The notes under the pieces were generated by a model, which worked only from the letters and a program-made list of their open reading frames with translations, was not told the origin of the DNA and did not search any database. From an uncultured Candidatus Cloacimonadota bacterium (GTDB taxonomy: Bacteria > Cloacimonadota > Cloacimonadia > Cloacimonadales > TCS61): 64,000 bases of DNA. Position 1 is the first letter of the stretch. Each line of letters opens with the position of its first letter. Positions 27,403 to 37,415 of the stretch are shown piece after piece. Where the stretch lies: the NCBI GenBank assembly GCA_964604155.1, contig CAZRXY010000101.1, positions 307 to 64,306 on the forward strand. The letters are read 5' to 3'. The position numbers and the translations under genes are program-made.

Positions 27403-30400
27403 ATGATAAATGAAAAAATATATGTAACCAGGATTGAAAGGTTCAAAGACGAGTTGTCGGCATTGATGTTCACAGATAAAATGCCACTTATAGCAGAATA
27501 TATCTATGATAGTGATTATCCAATTCCATACACAAAGGATATGGAAAATCAAAAATTAAAAAAAATAGAGGGTGAGGCAGGTAAATCCTGGCAGTTTGAA
27601 CACATTAAGATTGGCGAGGAGTGGGGCAAAACCTGGGGTAGTGGCTGGTTTCGGTTTACCGGAAAGGTGCCCCCAGCCTGGAAAGGCAGGGAAGTAGGGG
27701 TGATGCTTGATCTGGAATCCGAAGGCTGTATATTCAAAAATGGCACACCCTGGCAGGGTATCACCAATACTATCCACTGGAATACTACCTCAGCCAAACG
27801 CCTTGCCTTACTGCACTCAAAAGCAAAAGGCAATGAACCCGTATTCCTGCTGGTGGAAGCAGGAGCTAATGGTCTTTTTGGGGCTGGGCAGGAATTCTAC
27901 CGCTTCAAACAGGCAGAATTATGCCTCATCGATAGAAAGGTATGGCAATTGTATTATGATCTGGAAGTGATAGCCTCGCTTATTGCCAGCCTGCCGGAAG
28001 ATTCGCCACGCCGCAAGAAACTGATCCATACCACTAATCTGGCGATTAATAGTTATAATGATGGAAAGGGAATATCTAAATCACTGGAACTCACCGCCAC
28101 TCTTCTGGCAAAACCTGCAAACGCCAGCTCAATGAAGGCATTCGGTATTGGGCATGCTCATCTTGATCTGGGCTGGCTCTGGCCAGTCCGTGAAACCCGC
28201 CGCAAAGCGGGCCGCACCTTTGCTACTGCCCTAAGGATGATGGAAGAATATGAGGAATATAAGTTCGGAGCTTCTCAGCCTCAGTTATATGAATGGGTAA
28301 AAGAGGATTATCCCAAGCTTTATGAAGAAATTAAAGCTAGAATTGCCGAAGGAAGATGGGAATGCCAGGGTGCTATGTGGGTGGAGCCTGATATGAATCT
28401 CAGTGGGGGAGAAGCACTGATCCGTCAGATCATGTTTGGCAGGAATTTCTGGAAATCTGAATTTGGTCTGGATATTGATAACCTCTGGCTGCCTGACGTG
28501 TTTGGCTATTCCGCCGCCCTGCCCCAGATACTAAAAAAATCCGGCGTGAATTACTTTATGACGCAGAAAATATCCTGGAATGATACAAATAAATTCCCGC
28601 ACCACACCTTTTACTGGCAGGGTATTGACGGCTCAAAAATTGCCACCCATTTTTTGCCCACTAATGATTACAATTGCTCAAATCTGCCTAAACAGCTTAT
28701 TGAAGCAGAAAAACGCTTTACCCAAAGCGATATTGCCGAAGAATTTCTTAATCTCTATGGAATCGGCGATGGTGGCGGAGGTCCCGGAAGAATTCACATA
28801 GAATTGGCTAAAAGACAGAAGAACACAGAGGGCTCGCCACGCTTTGTCTTCGCCGCTGCTGCTGATTTCTTTGTGAAATTGGGGAAAATTCCCGATCACC
28901 TGCTGCCCGTCTGGAAAGGAGAACTCTATCTGGAGCTGCATCGCGGGACATATACCACTCAGGCAATGATGAAAAAGTATAACAGACAATTGGAGCTTGC
29001 TTTGCGTGATGTGGAATTTCTGGCTGCAATTTCACAGAATATTGATAAAGATACTATTGACCGTATCTGGAAACATACACTACTAAACCAGTTTCATGAT
29101 ATCCTGCCGGGCTCTTCTATCAAAAAAGTTTATGAAGATGCTCACGCTCTCAGCGAACAAAATCTGCTGCTGCTTGATCTTATGCAAAAAGACTTGCTGA
29201 ATAGCATCAATGAAACCGCCCGGAAAGAAATAGATTACCACTATATGGTCTATAACACCTTAAGCTGGCAAAGAAAAGAGATTATTAGTCTCGAATTGCC
29301 GGATGCCGATGAAAACTGGCTTGCCAGTGATACGCTGGGTAATACTCTTCCCGCTAAGGTGAGCCAGAACCTGATGCTGGTAGAAATCGTTGTGCCTTCT
29401 ATGGGATATACCACTATTAAACTGCAGAAAACTGATATAATCACCAAAAATTCCCGCAAAATAAAAGTAACCCAAAATCTTCTGGAAAATGATCTGCTGC
29501 GAGTGGAATTTGCCGAAGATGGAACAATTACCAGTATTTTTGATAAAGAATTGCAGCACGAAATGTTGCTCGATGCCGCTAACCTGATACTGATGTATGA
29601 AGATAAACCTAACGACTGGGGTGCCTGGGATATAAATCATTATTACCGTCAAACCCAGCCGGAACAGGCAAAACTCACCGCTATCCGCACTATTGAGCAT
29701 GATTACCTCTGGGCTGCCTTATGGCTGGATTACGAAATCGGAAATTCTACTATCAGTCAGATGATTAGCCTGAAAAATAATTCACGCCTGATTGAGTGCT
29801 GGACGATTGTGAACTGGCAGGAAAAAAACAAGATGCTGCGGGTACGGGCTGTGCCGGATATTAAAAGCGATTATGCCACTTTTGAAATTCAATACGGCAA
29901 TATAAGACGCTCTACTAATGATAATACCACCTGGGAACAATCCAGATTTGAAGTATGCGGACACCGCTATGCCGATCTCAGCCAGTCTAATTGCGGTTTT
30001 GCTATCCTGAATGACTGCAAATACGGGCACTACGTAAAAGATAACGTGATGGAGCTCACGTTATTGCGCAGCCCCCAGTATCCTGATAATACCGCTGATA
30101 TCGGCGAACATACTTTCCGCTATGCCTGGCTGCCTCATACCGGAAACCTCGTTAATTCACAGGTCCTGCAATCTGCACATGAATTTAATAGCGAATTGAT
30201 TATCCAAAAAATAGCTGCCTTACCAGTAGATCGCGAAAAATCCTATTTCTCTCTCGCAGGAAATAATGTTAAAATTGAGACGATAAAACCAGCGGAAGAT
30301 GGCAATGGTATCATCCTGAGATTATATGAATATTATGGAACGCACACCGAAGTGAAGCTGAAGGCTGCTCATAAATGGTCAAAATTCATCGAAACAGACC

Positions 30401-30510
30401 TTATGGAAAATGATCTGCACCTGCTCAGCAAAAATGCTCACGCCACCAGATTGTCTATTGAACCCTATGAAATAAGAACTTTCAGGATTATCCAGTCTAT
30501 GATTGATTAA
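27403..30510 (+). CDS. GH38 alpha-mannosidase
   Basis: SD ggagg upstream. GH38 core: GIGHAHLDLGWLWP, WVEPDMNLSGGEALIRQ, LWLPDVFGYSAALPQILKKSGVNYFMTQKISWN, LELHRGTYTTQA and NQFHDILPGSSI. Confidence 0.9.
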   Translation: MINEKIYVTRIERFKDELSALMFTDKMPLIAEYIYDSDYPIPYTKDMENQKLKKIEGEAGKSWQFEHIKIGEEWGKTWGSGWFRFTGKVPPAWKGREVGVMLDLESEGCIFKNGTPWQGITNTIHWNTTSAKRLALLHSKAKGNEPVFLLVEAGANGLFGAGQEFYRFKQAELCLIDRKVWQLYYDLEVIASLIASLPEDSPRRKKLIHTTNLAINSYNDGKGISKSLELTATLLAKPANASSMKAFGIGHAHLDLGWLWPVRETRRKAGRTFATALRMMEEYEEYKFGASQPQLYEWVKEDYPKLYEEIKARIAEGRWECQGAMWVEPDMNLSGGEALIRQIMFGRNFWKSEFGLDIDNLWLPDVFGYSAALPQILKKSGVNYFMTQKISWNDTNKFPHHTFYWQGIDGSKIATHFLPTNDYNCSNLPKQLIEAEKRFTQSDIAEEFLNLYGIGDGGGGPGRIHIELAKRQKNTEGSPRFVFAAAADFFVKLGKIPDHLLPVWKGELYLELHRGTYTTQAMMKKYNRQLELALRDVEFLAAISQNIDKDTIDRIWKHTLLNQFHDILPGSSIKKVYEDAHALSEQNLLLLDLMQKDLLNSINETARKEIDYHYMVYNTLSWQRKEIISLELPDADENWLASDTLGNTLPAKVSQNLMLVEIVVPSMGYTTIKLQKTDIITKNSRKIKVTQNLLENDLLRVEFAEDGTITSIFDKELQHEMLLDAANLILMYEDKPNDWGAWDINHYYRQTQPEQAKLTAIRTIEHDYLWAALWLDYEIGNSTISQMISLKNNSRLIECWTIVNWQEKNKMLRVRAVPDIKSDYATFEIQYGNIRRSTNDNTTWEQSRFEVCGHRYADLSQSNCGFAILNDCKYGHYVKDNVMELTLLRSPQYPDNTADIGEHTFRYAWLPHTGNLVNSQVLQSAHEFNSELIIQKIAALPVDREKSYFSLAGNNVKIETIKPAEDGNGIILRLYEYYGTHTEVKLKAAHKWSKFIETDLMENDLHLLSKNAHATRLSIEPYEIRTFRIIQSMID

Positions 30511-32362
30511 GAGCTTCTATTTTTTCGCGGAAAACTGCATCTGTGGGATCAAGTCTGCCAGCTTCCAGATAGCTTTCACGGGCTTTTACTTTATTGCCAA
30601 GCTCTTTATATACGTCACCCAGAAGAATAAATTCCTCATAATTATTCTTATTGGTTTCAATGCACCTGGTCTCCAAAACCTGAGCCGCTTCCTGATACTT
30701 TTTCTGAGCACTAAGAATATTGGCGAATAGAAAATTAAGTTTCCAGGCAGGATGAGTCCTTATCACTTCCTTTACCTTCTGCTCTGCTACTGCATAATTG
30801 CCCGCATTATATTCCTGCTGTATATAGTATTCATAGGCTGTGATAATCTCCGGCTTATACCTTACTACATTTTCATATTCAAAATAAGCCGTAAATGTAT
30901 CATTTTTCTGAATAGCCAGAGACGCCAGCAGATAATAGGATACTGCCAGATCAGGATACAGACTCTTGATCAATTCAAATTTATGCCTGGCTTCATCATT
31001 TTTTCCTGAATCAAATAATCCTAAGCCCTCTTCAAAAGGTGCTCTGTCAGAATTGCTGAGATTTATGATATACTCATCATTGAAAAGGATAAGTAATTCC
31101 AGACCACGCAGCAAATGAGAATCTGTGCATTTATACATGGCAGAATTCATATCTTGCCAGAAATCCTGATACTGCTCAGTAAGCAGATTATTTATACCTC
31201 GGTATATCATGTAATATGGTTCTGGCTCATTTTCCTGTAAATTCTCTAACCTCACCATTACCGTTTCATCAAAAACGAAATTCTTATGGAAAATATTATA
31301 CTTCACCAATTCAAGCAATTCACCAAAAGCTGCCGTGAAACCAAATTCCTGAATCTTCTTGTAATATCGACTGTTTTTTGATAATATGCCGATATCCAAG
31401 GACGCTTCAGACATATTCAGGACGTTTTCTTCGTCCAGTAAGATCTGAGTTAATGCCCCTATAAAACTATGAAATTTCAATGACCTGTAATCCATCTGGA
31501 TAAAATCTGATTGTACCTGCTTAAGATACTGAGCGTATTTATTCTGATACAATTCCTCAAGCTCAGTGCCGGCTTGGGCTAATGTGATCTGCACCGTGCT
31601 GTCTATGGCAGCAGCATAACCGCTGAACAATGTTTCACACTCATTGCAGAAGCTCAAAAGACTATCTATTGCCACCAGATTATCGCGGGTTATCTTACCC
31701 GTTAATTGTAGTTTTAGGAAATCAAGATCAGAACTTATTCTCTTTACCTGTTGCTCGGTGCAGCCGGATAGCTCCTTAATAGCAGAATCATAAAAACTAA
31801 GCGACCTCACCTCCTTCGCAGTTGTCAAAAACGGCTCCAGATGACGGTAGCAGCCTACGTAGTCAAGCTTGTTGATTGCAGACCTGCCCAGCTCATATTT
31901 CTCATGGTACTCGTGATACTCGCGGCGGAATCGCTCGTCTAAGCGAATCTTATCGGAGACAAAATCTCCAGCCTTGACCTGGAATTCTTCGTCAAGACTG
32001 AGTTCGGATTTTAAAAAATGAAAAAGCATACTCTGAGTCTTGTCACTGGCATCCTTGCGATAATCGATGCTCTCTACCGAGATTTCCTTCTCGTTCTGGA
32101 TTATTTTAAGCTCTTTCAGCAAATCCACATCTTTGGATATAAATTCATCTCGGGTGAGAGGCTCAGCCAATAGAAAAATGCGGGGACTGGCTAATTGACC
32201 GCTGTAATCTATATCTTCTGCCTCACCTTTAGCATCAGCAAGGCTTATTCGCATTTCACGCGCAGGTGATAATAAACTTTTTTCCACATACTGCATCTTA
32301 AATGAAAATCCCCAGCAGGACAGTATTATAAATACCAAACTTAAACTAAATAAAATCTTCAT
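30497..32362 (-). CDS. Secreted TPR-repeat protein
   Basis: Signal sequence MKILFSLSLVFIILSCWG starts at the ATG at 32362, preceded by ggaggg; the ORF track begins at a GTG at 32380. The C-terminal third holds TPR-like repeats (AVSYYLLASLAIQKND, YEEFILLGDVYKELGNKVKARESYLEAGRLDP). The 3' end overlaps the mannosidase stop by 14 nt. Confidence 0.65.
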   Translation of the reverse strand: MKILFSLSLVFIILSCWGFSFKMQYVEKSLLSPAREMRISLADAKGEAEDIDYSGQLASPRIFLLAEPLTRDEFISKDVDLLKELKIIQNEKEISVESIDYRKDASDKTQSMLFHFLKSELSLDEEFQVKAGDFVSDKIRLDERFRREYHEYHEKYELGRSAINKLDYVGCYRHLEPFLTTAKEVRSLSFYDSAIKELSGCTEQQVKRISSDLDFLKLQLTGKITRDNLVAIDSLLSFCNECETLFSGYAAAIDSTVQITLAQAGTELEELYQNKYAQYLKQVQSDFIQMDYRSLKFHSFIGALTQILLDEENVLNMSEASLDIGILSKNSRYYKKIQEFGFTAAFGELLELVKYNIFHKNFVFDETVMVRLENLQENEPEPYYMIYRGINNLLTEQYQDFWQDMNSAMYKCTDSHLLRGLELLILFNDEYIINLSNSDRAPFEEGLGLFDSGKNDEARHKFELIKSLYPDLAVSYYLLASLAIQKNDTFTAYFEYENVVRYKPEIITAYEYYIQQEYNAGNYAVAEQKVKEVIRTHPAWKLNFLFANILSAQKKYQEAAQVLETRCIETNKNNYEEFILLGDVYKELGNKVKARESYLEAGRLDPTDAVFREKIEALNQS

Positions 32363-32762
32363 GCTTCCCTCCATTGTCACTTAATGCTCCAACTGCTCTA
32401 AACGCCATTTTTTGTCAATATATCTTTCATTTCCTGAAAAAACTGGCATACCCCCGAAATTTATTTGTAAGTTTGGAATATTGAACTTGTGAAGTTATTG
32501 GTCGTCACCATTGCGATCGAGCTTGCTGTCTCTATGATTGACCAAGTTTTATCCCCTTCCATTTTCCATTACTATATCCTGCCTTCTAATATCTGGGTGT
32601 CAATATACAATGGTTGAATTTGACAACAACTATTATCTCACTTAATATAAACCATTTAACAATACCAATAATTATAAAACCAGGGGGATGCCAAATCTTT
32701 CATTTCTGAAAGCAATAAAAAGTCTTTTAGCAAATCTTCGCTCGAGAATTATCAAGCCGGAG

Positions 32763-32808
32763 CAACAAAGATCAATCAAACGAAAAAATATTAGATTGAT
32801 CTTTGTTG
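32763..32808. repeat. Perfect 15-bp inverted repeat with 16-nt spacer
   Basis: CAACAAAGATCAATC-aaacgaaaaaatatta-GATTGATCTTTGTTG, read directly. It lies 77 nt downstream of the IspD/TarI stop on the minus strand. There is no U-run on either strand. Confidence 0.8.
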
Positions 32809-32884
32809 TTCAGAGGTATAGGTGCTGAGAATATATTTATCAATTTCTGTTTATCTGGCAAGTATGATAAAAGGGGGTTTTTGA

Positions 32885-33556
32885 TTATTTGAGGAGAAAT
32901 TTTGCAGTAATAAGGTCTTGGGTGGTGGTGATTTTCTGGTTAGTGTCCTGGCAGATGTGAATATATACAGGTATCTGGAAATATTCGAGTATTGAGCTGT
33001 CATCGGTGAATTCGTAATCGATATTTTCAGCCATCAGGTGATATTTATAGATGAGCTTATAGTCAAAGACCTGGGGGGTGTGAGCGTTGTAGAGTGAGTG
33101 TCGAGGTATGGTTTCCATGATTTTATGATCAAGTACGCGTTTTATGGTGAATCGAACGGGGCTGCAGGGGATTACAGCATTGTATAATTTTGCCAGGTCT
33201 ATGAGTCTGGAGATGAGATTTTCTTCCAAAAATGGTCTCACGGCGTCATGAATGAGCACAAGGCGTGTATCTGCGGGGCAGATTTTGATGCCGTTAAGGG
33301 CAGAAATCTGACGGGTTTTCCCTCCGGCGGTGATAGTGATATCATTACCGGGGAAGTGCATTTTACAGATATTGTGCATTTGGCAAATATCCTCAGGATG
33401 CGAGACGATGATCACTTTATCAATCCGGGGATGTGAGCAGAATTTTGCCAGAGTATATGCTATTATTGGCTTGCCATTGATATCAATGAATTGTTTTTTT
33501 TCTTTGCTTTGCATCCTTGTGCCGGAGCCGCCTGCCATGATCAGGGCAACATTCAT
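32885..33556 (-). CDS. IspD/TarI-family cytidylyltransferase (MEP or ribitol-5-phosphate cytidylyltransferase)
   Basis: N-terminus VALIMAGGSGTRMQSKEKKQFIDINGKPIIAYTL (GGxGxRM..KQ(F/Y)L..G.P). Length 223 aa. IspD cannot be distinguished from TarI by eye. Confidence 0.8.
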   Translation of the reverse strand: MNVALIMAGGSGTRMQSKEKKQFIDINGKPIIAYTLAKFCSHPRIDKVIIVSHPEDICQMHNICKMHFPGNDITITAGGKTRQISALNGIKICPADTRLVLIHDAVRPFLEENLISRLIDLAKLYNAVIPCSPVRFTIKRVLDHKIMETIPRHSLYNAHTPQVFDYKLIYKYHLMAENIDYEFTDDSSILEYFQIPVYIHICQDTNQKITTTQDLITAKFLLK

Positions 33557-33746
33557 AAGATTCCCCTTTTATTTTTAGAGAAGACTTTCCCTACTTATAC
33601 GAGATAAAGTCAATTAAAATTATCTGTGGGTCTCAGAATTGTGAGGAGGCATTTGCAATTTTGTATATTCAATAAATTGCTTTACATAAATTGAATAGAA
33701 TTATGAATAGGTATCAGTGGTAATTCCAGATAGCCGGAGGTAGAAT

Positions 33747-35327
33747 TTGGAAAAAGTAGGTATCTCAATTTTATATGTCGAGGATGAGGACTATATTCGC
33801 AGTAATATGGTGAGGAGTTTGGAGCGAAGAGTGAAGAAGATATATTCTGCAGCGAATGGTTTGGAGGGTTTGGAATCTTTTAAGCGATATGAGCCGGATT
33901 TAGTGATCACAGACATCAAGATGCCGGTATTAAATGGTTTAGAGATGATCAAGAAGATTCGCAAGCTCAAGGAAGATACCAAATTTATCATGCTCTCTGC
34001 TCATAGCGACACGTCATCACTACTGGAGGCGATCGAGATAGGAGTACAGGGTTACATTTTAAAACCATTCCAGACGCAGAAGCTATTTAAGCTGATCGAG
34101 GAGCAGGCAGATATAATAATCTTAGACAAAAAGGTGATTGAGCAATCGAAAAAGATCAATGAGCTTTATAATGCTTTGATCATAGATTTAGAGACGGCAG
34201 GTAGTGTTCAATCTTACCTTTTGCCTGATTATCTGATCGTGGAGCGGGATTTATTTTTTTCATCCACCTATGTGCCCTCTTCCAAGATAGGTGGTGATTT
34301 GTATGACATAATCAAGATATCTGAGACAGAATATATCAGTTATATAGGTGATATATCTGGCCATGGCGTGAAGGCAGCTTTATTAATGACGGCAGTGAAG
34401 ACAACGATCACGCGGATAATAGAGGATGAGAAGCTTCACGAGCCGCATCTGATATTAAACAGGCTAAGCACAATTCTCACGCGGGAATTATTCAGCAGTG
34501 ATTATATGACAATGCTTTTATGCTATATAAATTGTGAAAAGAATTACATAAAGATATTAAATGCGGGGCATCCACCTCTGATACTGTATCACAATAAGAA
34601 AAAGACAATCACAACGCTGGTTCAGGAGGGCTCCATCCCAATTGGCTGGGTGCCTAATTATCTATATACTCCAGATGAAGAATTAAAGATGCGTTTTGAC
34701 AGCAATCAGACCTTGCTCTTATACACAGACGGTCTATTCGAATGTGAAAACGCGCCGGGAGAGGAACTGGGATTGCATGGATTGAAGGAATTTATCGAAG
34801 AAACCACCAATAATTACCCCTTGGTCTTATTACCTGTCATGATCCGTGACACGTTGAAGAAGAATAATTATGATATCAGCGGAGATGATTTTACTTTAGT
34901 GGCATTGCGCCGGATACCGGAGCAGCGAAAAGCAAGAGAAGCAGACTGTTTTTCCGGAGATCTCAAATCTGAATCATCCTTAATATTGCAGCGTCTTTTG
35001 GCATACGTGGAGCAAGAAATTGATGATGAAGCTTTCCGTAAAGAAATCTCCAGCTTAAATACAGGCTGGCTCAAGGATCTGATGGATTTGGAAATTTATC
35101 TGCCGGAAAAGGAAGTGCGTTATCTGGCAGAAATAAAAAAACCGAGTAAGAATAGTGTGATAGTATCAATCTGGATAAAAACCATAAATTTAGCGAAAGG
35201 TACAAGATTGGTGCTTAAAGAGCAGGAAAGTAGTTTGCCTTCTTTAGAAAATATCACGCTGGATATCCAATATACATCTTACGATGGATTTGTGGAGATA
35301 CAGCTTAATTTCGCCGGCAATAAATAG
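33747..35327 (+). CDS. Response-regulator receiver + PP2C/SpoIIE-type serine phosphatase (RsbU/RsbY-like) + unassigned ~130-aa C-terminal domain
   Basis: TTG start preceded by ggagg. REC: ILYVEDED..DLVITDIKMPVLNG..MLSAH. PP2C: IGGDLYDII, GDISGHGVKAALLMT, LLLYTDGLFE and GDDFTLVALRR. The last ~130 aa show no motif I recognise. Confidence 0.85.
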   Translation: MEKVGISILYVEDEDYIRSNMVRSLERRVKKIYSAANGLEGLESFKRYEPDLVITDIKMPVLNGLEMIKKIRKLKEDTKFIMLSAHSDTSSLLEAIEIGVQGYILKPFQTQKLFKLIEEQADIIILDKKVIEQSKKINELYNALIIDLETAGSVQSYLLPDYLIVERDLFFSSTYVPSSKIGGDLYDIIKISETEYISYIGDISGHGVKAALLMTAVKTTITRIIEDEKLHEPHLILNRLSTILTRELFSSDYMTMLLCYINCEKNYIKILNAGHPPLILYHNKKKTITTLVQEGSIPIGWVPNYLYTPDEELKMRFDSNQTLLLYTDGLFECENAPGEELGLHGLKEFIEETTNNYPLVLLPVMIRDTLKKNNYDISGDDFTLVALRRIPEQRKAREADCFSGDLKSESSLILQRLLAYVEQEIDDEAFRKEISSLNTGWLKDLMDLEIYLPEKEVRYLAEIKKPSKNSVIVSIWIKTINLAKGTRLVLKEQESSLPSLENITLDIQYTSYDGFVEIQLNFAGNK

Positions 35328-35339
35328 TATGGGGTTTAT

Positions 35340-35678
35340 ATGGAAATAGGGCAAAGCTTCATAGATGATGTGATGGTGATCAATATATTCGGTGAATTAT
35401 ACAGTGACCAGGCAGGTTCTTTGGAATACAGCCTGATCGACCTGATAAAGCAGAAAGATAAAGCCGTATTGAATTTAGAGGGACTGGAATACATAGACAG
35501 TTCCGGTTTGGGAGTATTGATCAAGATTTTGGATCAGATGAAAGAGCGTGGGGGAAAATTACTGATCTGCTGCGCCAGCGGGAAAGTGATGAAAGTATTT
35601 GAAATCACCAAATTTGAAAAATTCGCGACAATTTATGAAAGTCTGGACGAAGCATTAGAAGTACTAAGGGAAAAGTGA
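35340..35678 (+). CDS. STAS-domain anti-sigma-factor antagonist (RsbV/SpoIIAA-like)
   Basis: 112 aa. LNLEGLEYIDSSGLGVLIKIL contains the conserved phosphorylatable Ser context DSSGLG. C-terminal FEITKFEKFATIYESLDEAL. Confidence 0.85.
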   Translation: MEIGQSFIDDVMVINIFGELYSDQAGSLEYSLIDLIKQKDKAVLNLEGLEYIDSSGLGVLIKILDQMKERGGKLLICCASGKVMKVFEITKFEKFATIYESLDEALEVLREK

Positions 35679-36856
35679 TGCCAGAAAATTCTGATAAAGA
35701 CAGCGAAATACTATTTGCTCCGGAAGAGGAAAACATTGCCGGACTGGAAGATATGGAGGCTCAGGCAACGGGTAAAAAGTATGTGGTACGTACATCGGCA
35801 GAGCCTTCATTATGGAAGATACTGGTTGTGGATGACGAAGAGGACGTGCATACGATCACCAGGATGCTGTTTGAGGATGTGAAATATCAAAATAAGCCGG
35901 TGGAGATTCTGGATGCCTATAGTGGGGCTGAAGCCCGGAAAATATTAGCAGAAGATTCGGAAATAGCACTTGTTTTTCTGGATGTGGTGATGGAGAGTAG
36001 TAAAGCAGGCTTGGAAGTAGTGCGTTATCTGCGTGAAACACTGGGTAATAAAGCCACGCGTCTGATATTGCGTACGGGGCAGCCGGGGGAGGCACCCGAG
36101 AGCAGAATAATAATGGCATATGAGATCGATGACTACAAATTAAAAACCGAGCTTACGGCACAGAAGATGCTGACGAGTTTGATAGGGGGGTTGCGGTCAT
36201 ATGCAGCACTTCGCAATTTGGAATACGAAAACCAGCTTCGCAGAGAGGTGGAATATGAGCTAAAGACCGCCTATGAAACTCTGGACAAGGTATTTGAGCA
36301 GACAGTGAGCAGTCTATCTTCCACAATAGAATTACGCGATGCCTATACGGCGGGTCATGCCCGGCATGTGGGTAAACTGGCGCAGGAGATTGCTCGGCGG
36401 ATGGGTCTTAGTGAAGAGATTTGTAAGATGCTAAAGCTGGCAGGCTATCTGCATGATATTGGCAAGATAAAGATACCCTTGGAATTATTGAGCAAAGAGG
36501 GAGGACTATTAGAAGAAGACTGGGAAATGATCAAGCAGCATCCGGTAACCGGGTATGAATTATTGCAGCCAATAGATTTTCCCTGGCCCCTGGCAAGAGT
36601 AGTGCTTGAGCATCACGAAAGATATAACGGGAAGGGCTATCCTGGTGGTAAACAACATGCGGAATTGCTATTGGAATCTCAGATTTTGGCAGTGGCAGAT
36701 GTGGTAGAATCTATGATGCTGGCACGTCCCTATCGAATAGCATTAGGTAAGAAACTGGCTCGAGAGGAAATCCGGAAAAATATGGGTGTGTTGTATCACC
36801 CTGAGGTGGCAAAAATTTGCCTGGAGATTGTAAATGAGAATTATGAATTTGAGTAA
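35675..36856 (+). CDS. Response-regulator receiver + HD-GYP domain protein (c-di-GMP phosphodiesterase, RpfG-like)
   Basis: The start GTGATG overlaps the STAS stop TGA. REC: KILVVDDEED..LVFLDVVM. HD-GYP: GHARHV, YLHDIGKIKIP and HHERYNGKGYPGG. Confidence 0.85.
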   Translation: MMPENSDKDSEILFAPEEENIAGLEDMEAQATGKKYVVRTSAEPSLWKILVVDDEEDVHTITRMLFEDVKYQNKPVEILDAYSGAEARKILAEDSEIALVFLDVVMESSKAGLEVVRYLRETLGNKATRLILRTGQPGEAPESRIIMAYEIDDYKLKTELTAQKMLTSLIGGLRSYAALRNLEYENQLRREVEYELKTAYETLDKVFEQTVSSLSSTIELRDAYTAGHARHVGKLAQEIARRMGLSEEICKMLKLAGYLHDIGKIKIPLELLSKEGGLLEEDWEMIKQHPVTGYELLQPIDFPWPLARVVLEHHERYNGKGYPGGKQHAELLLESQILAVADVVESMMLARPYRIALGKKLAREEIRKNMGVLYHPEVAKICLEIVNENYEFE

Positions 36857-37397
36857 GAAAAAAAAATCGTTGATACTCGCAGTATCATTATCTGTATTGC
36901 TGTTATTAACAGGTTGCTCTGCCCTGCTTTATTACCGCTGGAAAAGTTTTGAAATTGAGGATTTGGGAATAGAGCTGAAGGTGCCATCTGAGCCGCGTCA
37001 TTTTCGCATGGCAGCAGGGACAACTCAGGGAATAGCAGAATTTGAGCAGTGGACAATTACAGATGTAAAAAGCAGTTATCAATTCTATATTGTGAGTGGG
37101 GATCATGAATATGAGGAGATAGATTTATTTATGCAGGCGGAAGTATTAAATGCGGCACCACGTCCGGCTGTAGGATTTATGGTGAAGGCAATAGAAACCG
37201 GAAGCAGGCGATTTGTGCAGGGTGAATTACTGGTTGAAGAACAAAGCTGGTTGCAGGAAGATCGAAGGAGTAGAGCCATTAGCCGAACTTATGTATTGCC
37301 CGGAAAAATTCTCCAATTGATCTGCGTGTTTCCGTCAGAAGAAACTGATCGGGCTTCAGTATCTTATTTCTTTGATTCCTTCAAGCAGAAGGATTAG
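36834..37397 (+). CDS. Hypothetical lipoprotein
   Basis: Overlaps the HD-GYP gene end by 23 nt. Lipobox LLLLTGCSAL. No family recognised. Confidence 0.5.
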   Translation: MRIMNLSKKKKSLILAVSLSVLLLLTGCSALLYYRWKSFEIEDLGIELKVPSEPRHFRMAAGTTQGIAEFEQWTITDVKSSYQFYIVSGDHEYEEIDLFMQAEVLNAAPRPAVGFMVKAIETGSRRFVQGELLVEEQSWLQEDRRSRAISRTYVLPGKILQLICVFPSEETDRASVSYFFDSFKQKD

Positions 37398-37415
37398 GTA
37401 AATAATCCGGGAAAA

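Noticed and set aside
30497-30510. 14-bp convergent overlap of the mannosidase and TPR gene ends as a possible antisense regulatory feature.
   Set aside because: Short convergent 3' overlaps occur in compact genomes, and no associated structure or motif was seen.
35329-35339. Alternative ATG at 35329 as the start of the STAS gene.
   Set aside because: It is out of frame (ATG GGG TTT ATA TGG AAA TAG) and terminates after 6 codons.
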